The notes under the pieces: model-generated
Databases searched by the model: none
Told to the model about the DNA's origin: nothing
The model's input: the letters and a program-made list of their open reading frames with translations, nothing else
Made by a program: the position numbers and the translations under genes
From: a virus
Strand: one strand, 5' to 3'
DNA: 32,292 nt
IMG/VR virus record: IMGVR_UViG_3300016665_000086
Coordinates: 1 to 32,292 of that record
Shown: piece after piece, positions 14,755-21,674 of the stretch
Numbering within the stretch: position 1 is the stretch's first letter
Layout of the letters: the number at the start of each line of letters is the position of its first letter

Positions 14755-14837
14755 AGCGGAGTGAGAGACTCGAACTCTCAGTTCACCAATGGCGCGTTCT
14801 ACCTTGGCCGTCATTGCGGCACTTGAACTAACCCCGC
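14755..14837 (-). tRNA. tRNA-like gene 3, 83 nt. The acceptor and T-arm are canonical but the core is aberrant.
   Basis: GCGGGGT TA GTTCAA[GTGCCGCAATGACGGCCA]AGGTAGAAC GCGCCATTGGTGAACT GAGAG TTCGAGT CTCTC ACTCCGC T. The acceptor stem is 7 bp including one G.U pair. The D-arm-like GTTC..GAAC is interrupted by a GCCG-CAATGA-CGGC hairpin. Too few nucleotides remain for a normal anticodon arm. Confidence 0.4.
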
Positions 14838-14858
14838 TGCCACAAACCATCCGGGTCA

Positions 14859-15077
14859 TTATCTTTTAATCATCAAGTCCGTCTGAGAGCCGATGAATCC
14901 AATGATGAACGCTACTGTGAACCCAGCAAGGATTGCTATGAATCGCTGGTCACCTCTGTGAACGTCATGCCAGTTCTCAGGCTTGCCGGCTTGCGGGCCT
15001 TCAATATGTCGGAACAAGGAGCATGATGACATTGTCAGCGTTGCTAAAAGTGCGATTGTAAGTGTGTGCTTTTTCAT
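14859..15077 (-). CDS. Small lipoprotein with a C-terminal transmembrane helix (72 aa).
   Basis: MKKHTLTIALLATLTMSSC is a signal peptide plus lipobox Cys. The C-terminal stretch FIAILAGFTVAFIIGFIG is a TM helix. Confidence 0.6.
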   Translation of the reverse strand: MKKHTLTIALLATLTMSSCSLFRHIEGPQAGKPENWHDVHRGDQRFIAILAGFTVAFIIGFIGSQTDLMIKR

Positions 15078-15139
15078 GTTTCAGAAGTGTTTGATGAGAT
15101 ACCAGAATAAGTCGCAGACGAGTTGCCATCTTTTCGTTG

Positions 15140-15376
15140 TCATTTGCGGTTCGGTTTGTACAGCACATCATGCTGCGGGTGATTGCAATAGTACTTGAGG
15201 TTGCCGATGTTCAGGCCTTCCTCGCTGAACAATGCCCAGGTCAATTTGCATGCCTCCATATAAAACATCCAGCCCACTCCGCGGGCAGCCTCTTTGATGC
15301 CATCCCATATCCCACCAGCCTGCGCGTTGGTGGATAGGGAGAAGGTAAGCATGACGATCAAAATTGTCTTTTTCAT
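15140..15376 (-). CDS. Small secreted protein (78 aa).
   Basis: Sec-type signal peptide MKKTILIVMLTFSLSTNAQA. The mature part contains 2 Cys. Confidence 0.55.
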   Translation of the reverse strand: MKKTILIVMLTFSLSTNAQAGGIWDGIKEAARGVGWMFYMEACKLTWALFSEEGLNIGNLKYYCNHPQHDVLYKPNRK

Positions 15377-15399
15377 TTTCGTGGTTTGTTTCTATAAAC

Positions 15400-15437
15400 G
15401 TGAAATTATCAACATTATTTCACACAAAGTGAAATTA
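15400..15437. promoter_or_regulatory. Operator-like repeat set: GTGAAATTA (15400..15408), ATTTCAC (15417..15423), GTGAAATTA (15429..15437).
   Basis: A 9-nt direct repeat plus an inverted 7-mer occupy the 58-nt gap between the SNF2 stop and the next gene. Confidence 0.3.
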
Positions 15438-16703
15438 CTTCAAGAAATCTCGCTTAAAATGCCAGAGGGTGTAGTCCTTCTTATCCTGCACCCGCTCATA
15501 TATCTTCTGTTCAATGCCACCTTCTGCCATGACCCAGTACACCAGCGCAGGACGCTGACGGTCTTTGCTCTGGAGCCGCGCCCGTGCTTGGAAGTAACTG
15601 ACCGCAGAAAAGTCAATGTTCATCATCACGATGCAATCAGCACTTGACAAGTTCACCCCCTCCCTGCCGCTCTGTATCTGCGAGATGTACACAAGGTCAG
15701 CCCCGCCAGCATTGAACTCATCCGATGTCTCGACAATGCGCTGACCGAACACCATGCGCAGCATGTGACCCTCTGCCTTGAACTTGTAGAACACCGCAAT
15801 CTTCTGACCCTTGAAGTTGTCACGGATAAATTCTGCTTTTGTGACATCAAAGGCAAACGCTTTGGTCTCATCATCGGTAATGTCATCGGCTTCGTCAATG
15901 ATTACACTGCCGGAATACATCTGATGCACTTTCTGTTGCAATTTGGCGGCAGTGTCAGCGATTACCATGCCTTGACTTGTTTTCAGCAGATTGTCCCGTA
16001 AAAGCCTCCTGATTGCGTCATACGTGGCATCTTTCATCTTGACCTCCATGCGCACCTCTTCAATGCTCTGCACGAACCCCGCCTCTTCTTGAGTGAACGA
16101 GATCATCAGATGCGCCATGTCTCGGTCGATGCGCTCCTTATCGGCATGGGAGTAGTCATTTAATTCCCGGTTGTACACGTATTTCTTCTTGACCGTCACA
16201 TAGTCCTTCGCCCATGCGTAAAAGTTCACGTAGTGCTTCCACGGAGAATGCTGTGATATGTACATCTGCATGTACATCTGAGAATAAGATTCCGGTGTGG
16301 GGGTGCCGGAGAGCAGGATAAGCAGCTTCGTCCCGACTATATGCTTCAACTGCTGCGTGCGGATGGATGGCTTGGGGAACGCACCCAAACAATGCGCCTC
16401 GTCGCAAATAACAAGATCGTAACTCCCGATATCATCTGCAGATAACTTGTGCAGTGCCTCGTAGTTCGTTAGGTCAAGCTCAAATGTGAACTTCCGCGAC
16501 TCATAATCCTTCTCAATACTTGACATGGCCTTCTTCTTCGTCACGAACAGCACAGATGTCGATCCTGCTTTCTCTGCGATATTCAGCGATGTGATCGTCT
16601 TGCCCGTTCGCACCTCCATTGCGAGGTACAAGATAGAATGAGAGAGGAGGACATCTGTCCCCCTCTCAATGATGTCAAGCTGATAGCCTCGTAACTGCAT
16701 CAT
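15435..16703 (-). CDS. SNF2/DEAD-like superfamily 2 helicase.
   Basis: LRGYQ, motif I MEVRTGKTITS, motif II VICDEAHCLG, motif III LLLSGTP, motif VI QSGREGVNL. Confidence 0.85.
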   Translation of the reverse strand: MMQLRGYQLDIIERGTDVLLSHSILYLAMEVRTGKTITSLNIAEKAGSTSVLFVTKKKAMSSIEKDYESRKFTFELDLTNYEALHKLSADDIGSYDLVICDEAHCLGAFPKPSIRTQQLKHIVGTKLLILLSGTPTPESYSQMYMQMYISQHSPWKHYVNFYAWAKDYVTVKKKYVYNRELNDYSHADKERIDRDMAHLMISFTQEEAGFVQSIEEVRMEVKMKDATYDAIRRLLRDNLLKTSQGMVIADTAAKLQQKVHQMYSGSVIIDEADDITDDETKAFAFDVTKAEFIRDNFKGQKIAVFYKFKAEGHMLRMVFGQRIVETSDEFNAGGADLVYISQIQSGREGVNLSSADCIVMMNIDFSAVSYFQARARLQSKDRQRPALVYWVMAEGGIEQKIYERVQDKKDYTLWHFKRDFLK

Positions 16704-17160
16704 GGCCGGCTTTGTTTGCGTGGTTGAGAATGGCGGTCAGGGCTTTTGCATGTTCAATGTCGCTCATGATAACCATATTATAAGGAATTTCACCATCATG
16801 GCCGGATTCATTTGTTACAATGTAATGAGCGCGTACATTGATAGCCCCTGATGACAATTCACGGCATGTGAAATTTTCAGGCATGCCGTTTGACCCGGGT
16901 ATGCGGTCATTCAAGTCCTTTGTAATTCTGGTGATAATTGTGTGCGGCATCCAGATGAATTCCATGAGTGCCATGCAAAAGTTCATCATGTACGTCCCGA
17001 AATCAACGCTATACCCATGATCTTTTGCTCGCATCATCGCACAATGCTGCTCCCACATCTCCTCTGCCAGCCACATGGCGTTGACAATTTCCTCATCGCA
17101 TTGTCTGTCCTTGATGCTCTGTCTCCATGCTTCAATCTGCTCTAATTGCTCTTGTGTCAT
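16675..17160 (-). CDS. Hypothetical 161-aa protein.
   Basis: ORF with an ATG start. It overlaps the SNF2 start by 29 nt. Confidence 0.55.
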   Translation of the reverse strand: MTQEQLEQIEAWRQSIKDRQCDEEIVNAMWLAEEMWEQHCAMMRAKDHGYSVDFGTYMMNFCMALMEFIWMPHTIITRITKDLNDRIPGSNGMPENFTCRELSSGAINVRAHYIVTNESGHDGEIPYNMVIMSDIEHAKALTAILNHANKAGHDAVTRLSA

Positions 17161-17171
17161 TGGTATGTGTT

Positions 17172-17387
17172 TTACTTGTTACCGAATGTTTCGTTGTAGT
17201 ATTGTTCTGCTGTAATATGAAAACCTTCATGTAGATATGAAAATTTCCCGTCAACATAAGCCTTTTCTATAATCTCCTTTTCCATTTTTTTAGCTTCTTC
17301 AAATTCATCATGCCAAGCTTCTATAAAATTCGGCAATGATTTTTCTATATTTTGCATTAACCATTCAACTGCCGTTTGCTGTGCCAT
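17172..17387 (-). CDS. Hypothetical 71-aa protein in a low-GC segment.
   Basis: I use the internal ATG at 17387 (MAQQTAVEWLMQNIEKSL...). The upstream part of track ORF 17172..17576 overlaps ORF 17389..17778 and is Ser/Arg-rich. Confidence 0.55.
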   Translation of the reverse strand: MAQQTAVEWLMQNIEKSLPNFIEAWHDEFEEAKKMEKEIIEKAYVDGKFSYLHEGFHITAEQYYNETFGNK

Positions 17388-17388
17388 G

Positions 17389-17778
17389 TTACTTGTTTTT
17401 GATTTGTGATGTGTCAAGCTTGTACACCCATTTGTCCTCCACCCTCCGCTTCCGCAGAAGGTAAGCGCGAGCCATGTCCCCCTCGAAGAAGAGGCTATTG
17501 AAGAATGCAATGACAAGCTCCTTTCGCGTGAAGACCAGCGTGCGTGACCCGTTGTGCGGGGATAACTTGAATCCATTGGCCGTCACCGGTGCTACGTACC
17601 ACTCCATTGACCCGTCGATCTCCTTGCAATAAAACTCGACCATGTCATTTGCCTTCAGCCCCATCATCTCCCGCGCTATGCCATTGATGGCAATCTTGCC
17701 CGGCTTCAGGTAAAAGGTGATGAATGGATCACCTTGGTGGACGTTCTTCAGGCACGTGATGTTATTGAACGTCTGCAT
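17389..17778 (-). CDS. Hypothetical 129-aa protein with a possible AbrB/SpoVT-like N-terminal DNA-binding fold.
   Basis: KIAINGIAREMMGLKANDMVEFY resembles the swapped-hairpin pattern (rItIPkeir..lgl..gD.vef). This call is weak. Confidence 0.45.
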   Translation of the reverse strand: MQTFNNITCLKNVHQGDPFITFYLKPGKIAINGIAREMMGLKANDMVEFYCKEIDGSMEWYVAPVTANGFKLSPHNGSRTLVFTRKELVIAFFNSLFFEGDMARAYLLRKRRVEDKWVYKLDTSQIKNK

Positions 17779-18520
17779 CTTTCTTGTAGTTTAGTTTGTA
17801 AGATGCCTGACGTGGCTTTGCATCCTTATTCTGTGCATGCCAGAGCTGCTTTGTGACCTGGAACAAGTCGTAATCCGCAATACTCTCCTCCATGTCCTTC
17901 TTCAAGAGCTGCCATCCGATGCCCTGCACGGATCCCTTTGTGCCAAGTGTGCGGGTCTTGGCGTTCAGGTGCAGGATAGCCACCTGATCAACCTTGTAAG
18001 ATGTCAGCACATGCACCAGTGCGGTGTATGCAGCGAGCTGAAGCCAATAACTGTCATGAATATTGTTGGAGGTCTTTATATCTATCAGCGTCAGTTTCCC
18101 GTCAAGCCAAGCCAAGCGGTCAATAGTGCCGGCGAAGCCGAGATCAGGGCTGACGAAATTCTGCTCATTCATGAAGTAGTCAGGCTTGAACCTTATCACG
18201 AAGTCTACATACCTCTCAAACATCGCCCACTCGCTCATCTTGAACTGAAGGTTCCCGTCATTGTTCAGCAGGCTGACCTCTTCTCCGTTGTCGTACCGCT
18301 CCGTCAGCTCATGCACGACTGACCCCCGCCGGCCGGCTTCGTCCCGAATGGCATCGGCATCCGTGCCGACCTCCTTGATCCATTTGAAATAGGCGGCGTC
18401 TTTAGGATACGCCTCAAGGATGGTGGTGACGGAGGGGTAAAAGTTCCCCTCCGCATAGTAAAAGCGGGCATCCAGCATCGTGAGCTGCTTGGCCTGCATG
18501 TCGATGATAAACTTGCTCAT
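17762..18520 (-). CDS. PD-(D/E)XK (RecB/Cas4-like) exonuclease.
   Basis: RGSVVHELTE...GFAGTIDRLAWLDGKLTLIDIKTSNNI..YWLQLAAY carries the D...(D/E)xK and QxxxY motifs. Confidence 0.7.
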   Translation of the reverse strand: MSKFIIDMQAKQLTMLDARFYYAEGNFYPSVTTILEAYPKDAAYFKWIKEVGTDADAIRDEAGRRGSVVHELTERYDNGEEVSLLNNDGNLQFKMSEWAMFERYVDFVIRFKPDYFMNEQNFVSPDLGFAGTIDRLAWLDGKLTLIDIKTSNNIHDSYWLQLAAYTALVHVLTSYKVDQVAILHLNAKTRTLGTKGSVQGIGWQLLKKDMEESIADYDLFQVTKQLWHAQNKDAKPRQASYKLNYKKDADVQ

Positions 18521-18543
18521 GTGTGTGTGTTGATATGGGTGAA

Positions 18544-19125
18544 TTAAAAAGGTACGTCCTCATCCTCCTGCGCATTAACAATCCCACCGCCAAGCTTCGG
18601 GCTGATATGCTCAGCCACATACGCCTCAAGGAACTCCATCATGTCGCTGTCATCCCATTGCTCAACGCCCTTGATCTTGATCTTCTTCAAGTTCGGCATC
18701 TGACCCGGATTCTCCTTTGTCCAGAACCACCGCAGGGCCTTATCATCTTGAACGAGGAACAGCTTGCTGCGCTTCTTATCTCCATCGATCTCGACCGCGG
18801 GTCTGATTCGGATAGGCTTGCGCAGATCAGCATTCGGGATGGACTTCAGGAAGCTGTTGGCATTGCCACCACTATACTGGAACTGAAGGATGTAAGCATC
18901 CGCGCCGTCCTGGATGTTGACGCACCAGAACTTGCCGTAATCGGAGTCCCTGACCGTGATACCGGTAATCATCCCCTCGACGTAATCGTAAGTCTCTTCA
19001 TGCACGGTGTTACCCATCTTGTTGGTGCGGGGCTTGCTTTGCGCGGTGGGTTCCTTGAACCGGCGCACGATCTTGCCGTCACTGACCGACAAATAAATTG
19101 CTGAATTTGAATTTCCAAGTGCCAT
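18544..19125 (-). CDS. Putative single-stranded DNA-binding protein. The body is non-canonical but the acidic C-terminal tail is SSB-like.
   Basis: It ends ...GGIVNAQEDEDVPF (compare the bacterial SSB tip DDDIPF). It lies next to the recombination nuclease. Confidence 0.5.
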   Translation of the reverse strand: MALGNSNSAIYLSVSDGKIVRRFKEPTAQSKPRTNKMGNTVHEETYDYVEGMITGITVRDSDYGKFWCVNIQDGADAYILQFQYSGGNANSFLKSIPNADLRKPIRIRPAVEIDGDKKRSKLFLVQDDKALRWFWTKENPGQMPNLKKIKIKGVEQWDDSDMMEFLEAYVAEHISPKLGGGIVNAQEDEDVPF

Positions 19126-19146
19126 TGTGTTTTGATTTTATTGGCG

Positions 19147-19458
19147 TTAATTAATAGAGAACTGGTTATAGATGATGCGGTACTCAAGGCTCTCCGTCAT
19201 GGTCTTGACGAAATACTCTACGCGCTCGCGGTTAATGATGCCGCTCCAGCGGTCATTGAATGCCTTGATGATCTTCTGCCCATCTTTGTACGTTGCGCAC
19301 TTGAGAATGTCTTGGCAATTCAGATAATCAGCCACGAACTCATCCTCAAGGGTGAAGGCATCCATGCGGGCCTTGTATTCGCGGCGGTACTCGATAGCGG
19401 CGTATGTTACGAAAACAAACATAAGCAGGGCAAAAGTGGCAGCAATCACGGTGATCAT
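19147..19458 (-). CDS. Membrane-anchored hypothetical protein (103 aa).
   Basis: N-terminal TM helix MITVIAATFALLMFVFVTYAAI. Confidence 0.5.
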   Translation of the reverse strand: MITVIAATFALLMFVFVTYAAIEYRREYKARMDAFTLEDEFVADYLNCQDILKCATYKDGQKIIKAFNDRWSGIINRERVEYFVKTMTESLEYRIIYNQFSIN

Positions 19459-19673
19459 AACGATTTGATTTGAGAGTGAATGTATTGAAGGTTTTTAGCT
19501 CGGTCGATGTAGAACTGGCTGATGATGTTGAACAGCTCCTCACGACATTTCCCGGTGTAGAACGTATGATAGATCAGTTGTTTTGAGCATCTCGCTAGTT
19601 CGGCAATCTTCTTGACATCCCCCGGCTCCCGAAGGACGTTCCATTCATCAATGATTTCTTTCTTCAGCTGCAT
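19455..19673 (-). CDS. Small HTH-type DNA-binding protein (72 aa).
   Basis: The stretch VKKIAELARCSKQLIYHTF is HTH-like. Confidence 0.45.
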   Translation of the reverse strand: MQLKKEIIDEWNVLREPGDVKKIAELARCSKQLIYHTFYTGKCREELFNIISQFYIDRAKNLQYIHSQIKSL

Positions 19674-19971
19674 AAGATATGTGTTGTTTGGTGATGATCT
19701 CCGTGTTGTCGTAGGTAACGAAGACGTACGGTGTATAATAGTAGTCGTGGTAAAGAAAGTTAATAAGCTTTATCCTCATCGTGTCCGGGTCACCTCGCTC
19801 ATAATTCATAATGGATCGCATTATCAATGCCCTAGCTTCAGCCTCTGTGTCAAATTCCTGCCAAAAGCATTTGTAGATGCCCAATACCTGGCGTCTGCCA
19901 TCCGGAACGAATGACCTTGCGGATTCTTCTGCAACATCGACTGAGCGTGTGCGTGCGATAACTCTGTGCAT
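19648..19971 (-). CDS. Hypothetical 107-aa protein.
   Basis: ORF with an ATG start preceded by a (CA)5 leader. Confidence 0.5.
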   Translation of the reverse strand: MHRVIARTRSVDVAEESARSFVPDGRRQVLGIYKCFWQEFDTEAEARALIMRSIMNYERGDPDTMRIKLINFLYHDYYYTPYVFVTYDNTEIITKQHISYAAEERNH

Positions 19972-19993
19972 ATGTGTGTGTGTTTATTGGTGA

Positions 19994-20143
19994 CTACTTT
20001 GCGAGACGTACGGAACGGAAGCGGATGCCTTCGAGGCGGCATTGGCGGCGGCCAATAGCAATGGCATCCTCATAATTGTCGGCAGCGATGGTAAACGATT
20101 CAAAGAAGCGACCGGACTGGCAATAAACTGTGTACTTTTTCAT
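19994..20143 (-). CDS. Hypothetical 49-aa protein, the first gene of the early operon.
   Basis: The track ORF starts at a TTG (20179) that sits inside the putative -7 box. I prefer the ATG at 20143 (MKKYTVYCQSGRFF...). Confidence 0.45.
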   Translation of the reverse strand: MKKYTVYCQSGRFFESFTIAADNYEDAIAIGRRQCRLEGIRFRSVRLAK

Positions 20144-20176
20144 GGCGTGTGATTTATTTGTGATTGTTTGGTAGAT

Positions 20177-20260
20177 CAAATGTACAACATATTTCCAATA
20201 TCTTCCGAATATTTCTAAACTTTTTTTCTAAATATTTTTCAGGTACCTATAAATGAGGTT
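20177..20260 (-). promoter_or_regulatory. Early promoter region: a -7 box TACATTTG (minus strand, 20184..20177) preceded by AT-rich repeats.
   Basis: The box matches TAnnTTTG exactly and lies 34 nt upstream of ATG 20143. Upstream are repeats of AATATTT (x3) and TTTCTAAA (20212..20219 and 20225..20232). This is the only large gap between the late and early gene blocks. Confidence 0.5.
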
Positions 20261-20286
20261 GCCCCGACATAGACATGCCAGGGCGA
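20261..20286 (-). terminator. Conserved hairpin, copy B (GTCT tetraloop). Candidate late-operon terminator.
   Basis: Minus strand: tcGCCCTGGCATgtctATGTCGGGGC, a 10-bp stem including G.U pairs. It begins 22 nt after the stop at 20309. The U-tract is weak. Confidence 0.4.
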
Positions 20287-20308
20287 ACACACACACAAAA
20301 GCACTATA

Positions 20309-20764
20309 TCATCGGGAGAAAAGACGAATAGCCACTGCGGTGATCAGGGCAACCGATAAGATGATGACGGCGATCAGCAAGGCCTTCGCGTTCCTGCTCT
20401 TGGCATCGAGCTGACCGGTCTGCCGGTCAAGTTGCCGCTTGAGCAGGATGGCACCGGCATCATCGACCAGGACGCGGTACATCGTGTCGGTCTTCATGAC
20501 CGTTTTGATGATGTCCTGATACCTGACCTTTCGTATGTACACCGTGTCGCGCACGCGGATGGTGTCCACGTAGATATTCTCATTCACGATGGTATCGTAC
20601 CTGACACGCTCAACACCTGGCAGATACACCGTGTCGCTCTTTGGAGGATTGCGAGCCACGTAGTCGGCAATCGCCGCGTCAATAGACTCCTTCTTGCGAA
20701 GCGACTTTTGAACGGTATCGCATGAAAGCAATCCAAAAATGGCGATAATTGAGATATATCGCAT
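20309..20764 (-). CDS. Putative unimolecular spanin (u-spanin-like): an N-terminal lipoprotein signal plus a C-terminal transmembrane helix.
   Basis: MRYISIIAIFGLLSCD is a lipobox. A beta-rich repeat region follows (DTVYLPG..RYDTIV..YVDTIRVRDTVYIRKVRY). The C-terminal TM helix is ALLIAVIILSVALITAVAIRLF. I place the start at ATG 20764, 1 nt after the holin stop. Confidence 0.6.
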   Translation of the reverse strand: MRYISIIAIFGLLSCDTVQKSLRKKESIDAAIADYVARNPPKSDTVYLPGVERVRYDTIVNENIYVDTIRVRDTVYIRKVRYQDIIKTVMKTDTMYRVLVDDAGAILLKRQLDRQTGQLDAKSRNAKALLIAVIILSVALITAVAIRLFSR

Positions 20765-20765
20765 G

Positions 20766-20942
20766 TTACTGCTTAACGTCCCCACCGGTCACGTTGTTGT
20801 CTTTGGCTGCGATCAGTCCCAGTGCGGTCAGCACGGATGTGATGCTCATACCTTGTTCTTCAGTCAGCCATCCGAAATAGGTTGCGGCGGCCAGCAGTGC
20901 CACCAGTACACCGGCGGCAGTTGTTTTCCAGTTCTTTGTCAT
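20766..20942 (-). CDS. Putative holin (58 aa, two TM helices).
   Basis: My own translation (below the track cutoff): MTKNWKTTAAGVLVALLAAATYFGWLTEEQGMSITSVLTALGLIAAKDNNVTGGDVKQ. It has two hydrophobic helices and a charged C terminus. Confidence 0.6.
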   Translation of the reverse strand: MTKNWKTTAAGVLVALLAAATYFGWLTEEQGMSITSVLTALGLIAAKDNNVTGGDVKQ

Positions 20943-20955
20943 TGTTGTTTATTTT

Positions 20956-21165
20956 TTAGTGTCTGTCTGCTTTGTCTTTCAGTTCAAGCCGGATCTCGCC
21001 CACCATCTCCATGATGCGATCGAGCTTGTCGTTCATCTTCTGGTCAGTTGTCTCAAGCGACTTGACGCGAATGTCAAGTTCCTTCAACTTCATCTCCATG
21101 CGCATGTATATGCCGAAGACTGACGCGATCGACCCCACTGCCCATACTATCATATCAAAGCTCAT
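20956..21165 (-). CDS. Small membrane protein: N-terminal TM helix plus coiled coil. Possible lysis-cassette member.
   Basis: The TM helix is MIVWAVGSIASVFGIYM. It is followed by KLKELDIRVKSLETTDQKMNDKLDRIMEMVGEIRLELK. Confidence 0.5.
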   Translation of the reverse strand: MSFDMIVWAVGSIASVFGIYMRMEMKLKELDIRVKSLETTDQKMNDKLDRIMEMVGEIRLELKDKADRH

Positions 21166-21674
21166 CAGCCTACTTTATTGACGGTTAAAATTACGCTTGG
21201 GATTGCGGGGCGTGTGGGTGTAGTGCTGGCAGCTTGATAGTCGATCAGCACTGCAGTGTCAGACGAATGCCAACATATTTCGTAGTAATCGCCTGCAGCA
21301 GCATTCACGAACCAGTTCCAGGATGCAAGGTGCTTTCCGTTGTTACCGACAAGCGTCACCTCAGTGTTGCTGTTTTCCACATTGCTCCCATTTTTGCAGA
21401 GCCATATCTGGATCGTGTCATCTCCGCTGTCCCCTTTGGAGAGTTGAGCCGAGAACTCAATATTGTAGATGCCGGCGTTTGCGATCGTGATGCGCGAATC
21501 GCTGACAATGCTGACCCCATTGTTGAAATCAATGACATTGTAGGTCATCTTGTTGACGCTTGCCGCACCGGCGTTCGTCTGGTCTTGTGTGCTATATGCA
21601 CTCAGGTAATATTGCTGCGGGCCTACTGCGACATTGACCGATGTGCCGCTCACCGTTACATTTACATCGCTCAT
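21165..21674 (-). CDS. Tail fibre tip / receptor-binding candidate with a C1q/BclA-C-terminal-like jelly-roll signature.
   Basis: ITIANAGIYNIEFSAQLSKGDSGDDTIQIWLCKNGSNVENS..VTLVGNNGKH resembles the pattern of C1q-like globular heads. Confidence 0.45.
   Translation of the reverse strand: MSDVNVTVSGTSVNVAVGPQQYYLSAYSTQDQTNAGAASVNKMTYNVIDFNNGVSIVSDSRITIANAGIYNIEFSAQLSKGDSGDDTIQIWLCKNGSNVENSNTEVTLVGNNGKHLASWNWFVNAAAGDYYEICWHSSDTAVLIDYQAASTTPTRPAIPSVILTVNKVG

Noticed and set aside
14331-14837. The tRNA-like cluster as an attP / integration module of a temperate phage.
   Set aside because: No integrase, excisionase or repressor-type gene was found anywhere in the closed genome. The elements contain both 5-prime and 3-prime tRNA halves, not just a 3-prime fragment.
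17388-17576. The upstream extension of ORF 17172..17576.
   Set aside because: It overlaps the better ORF 17389..17778 in another frame and has an atypical composition. The ATG at 17387 abuts the upstream stop.
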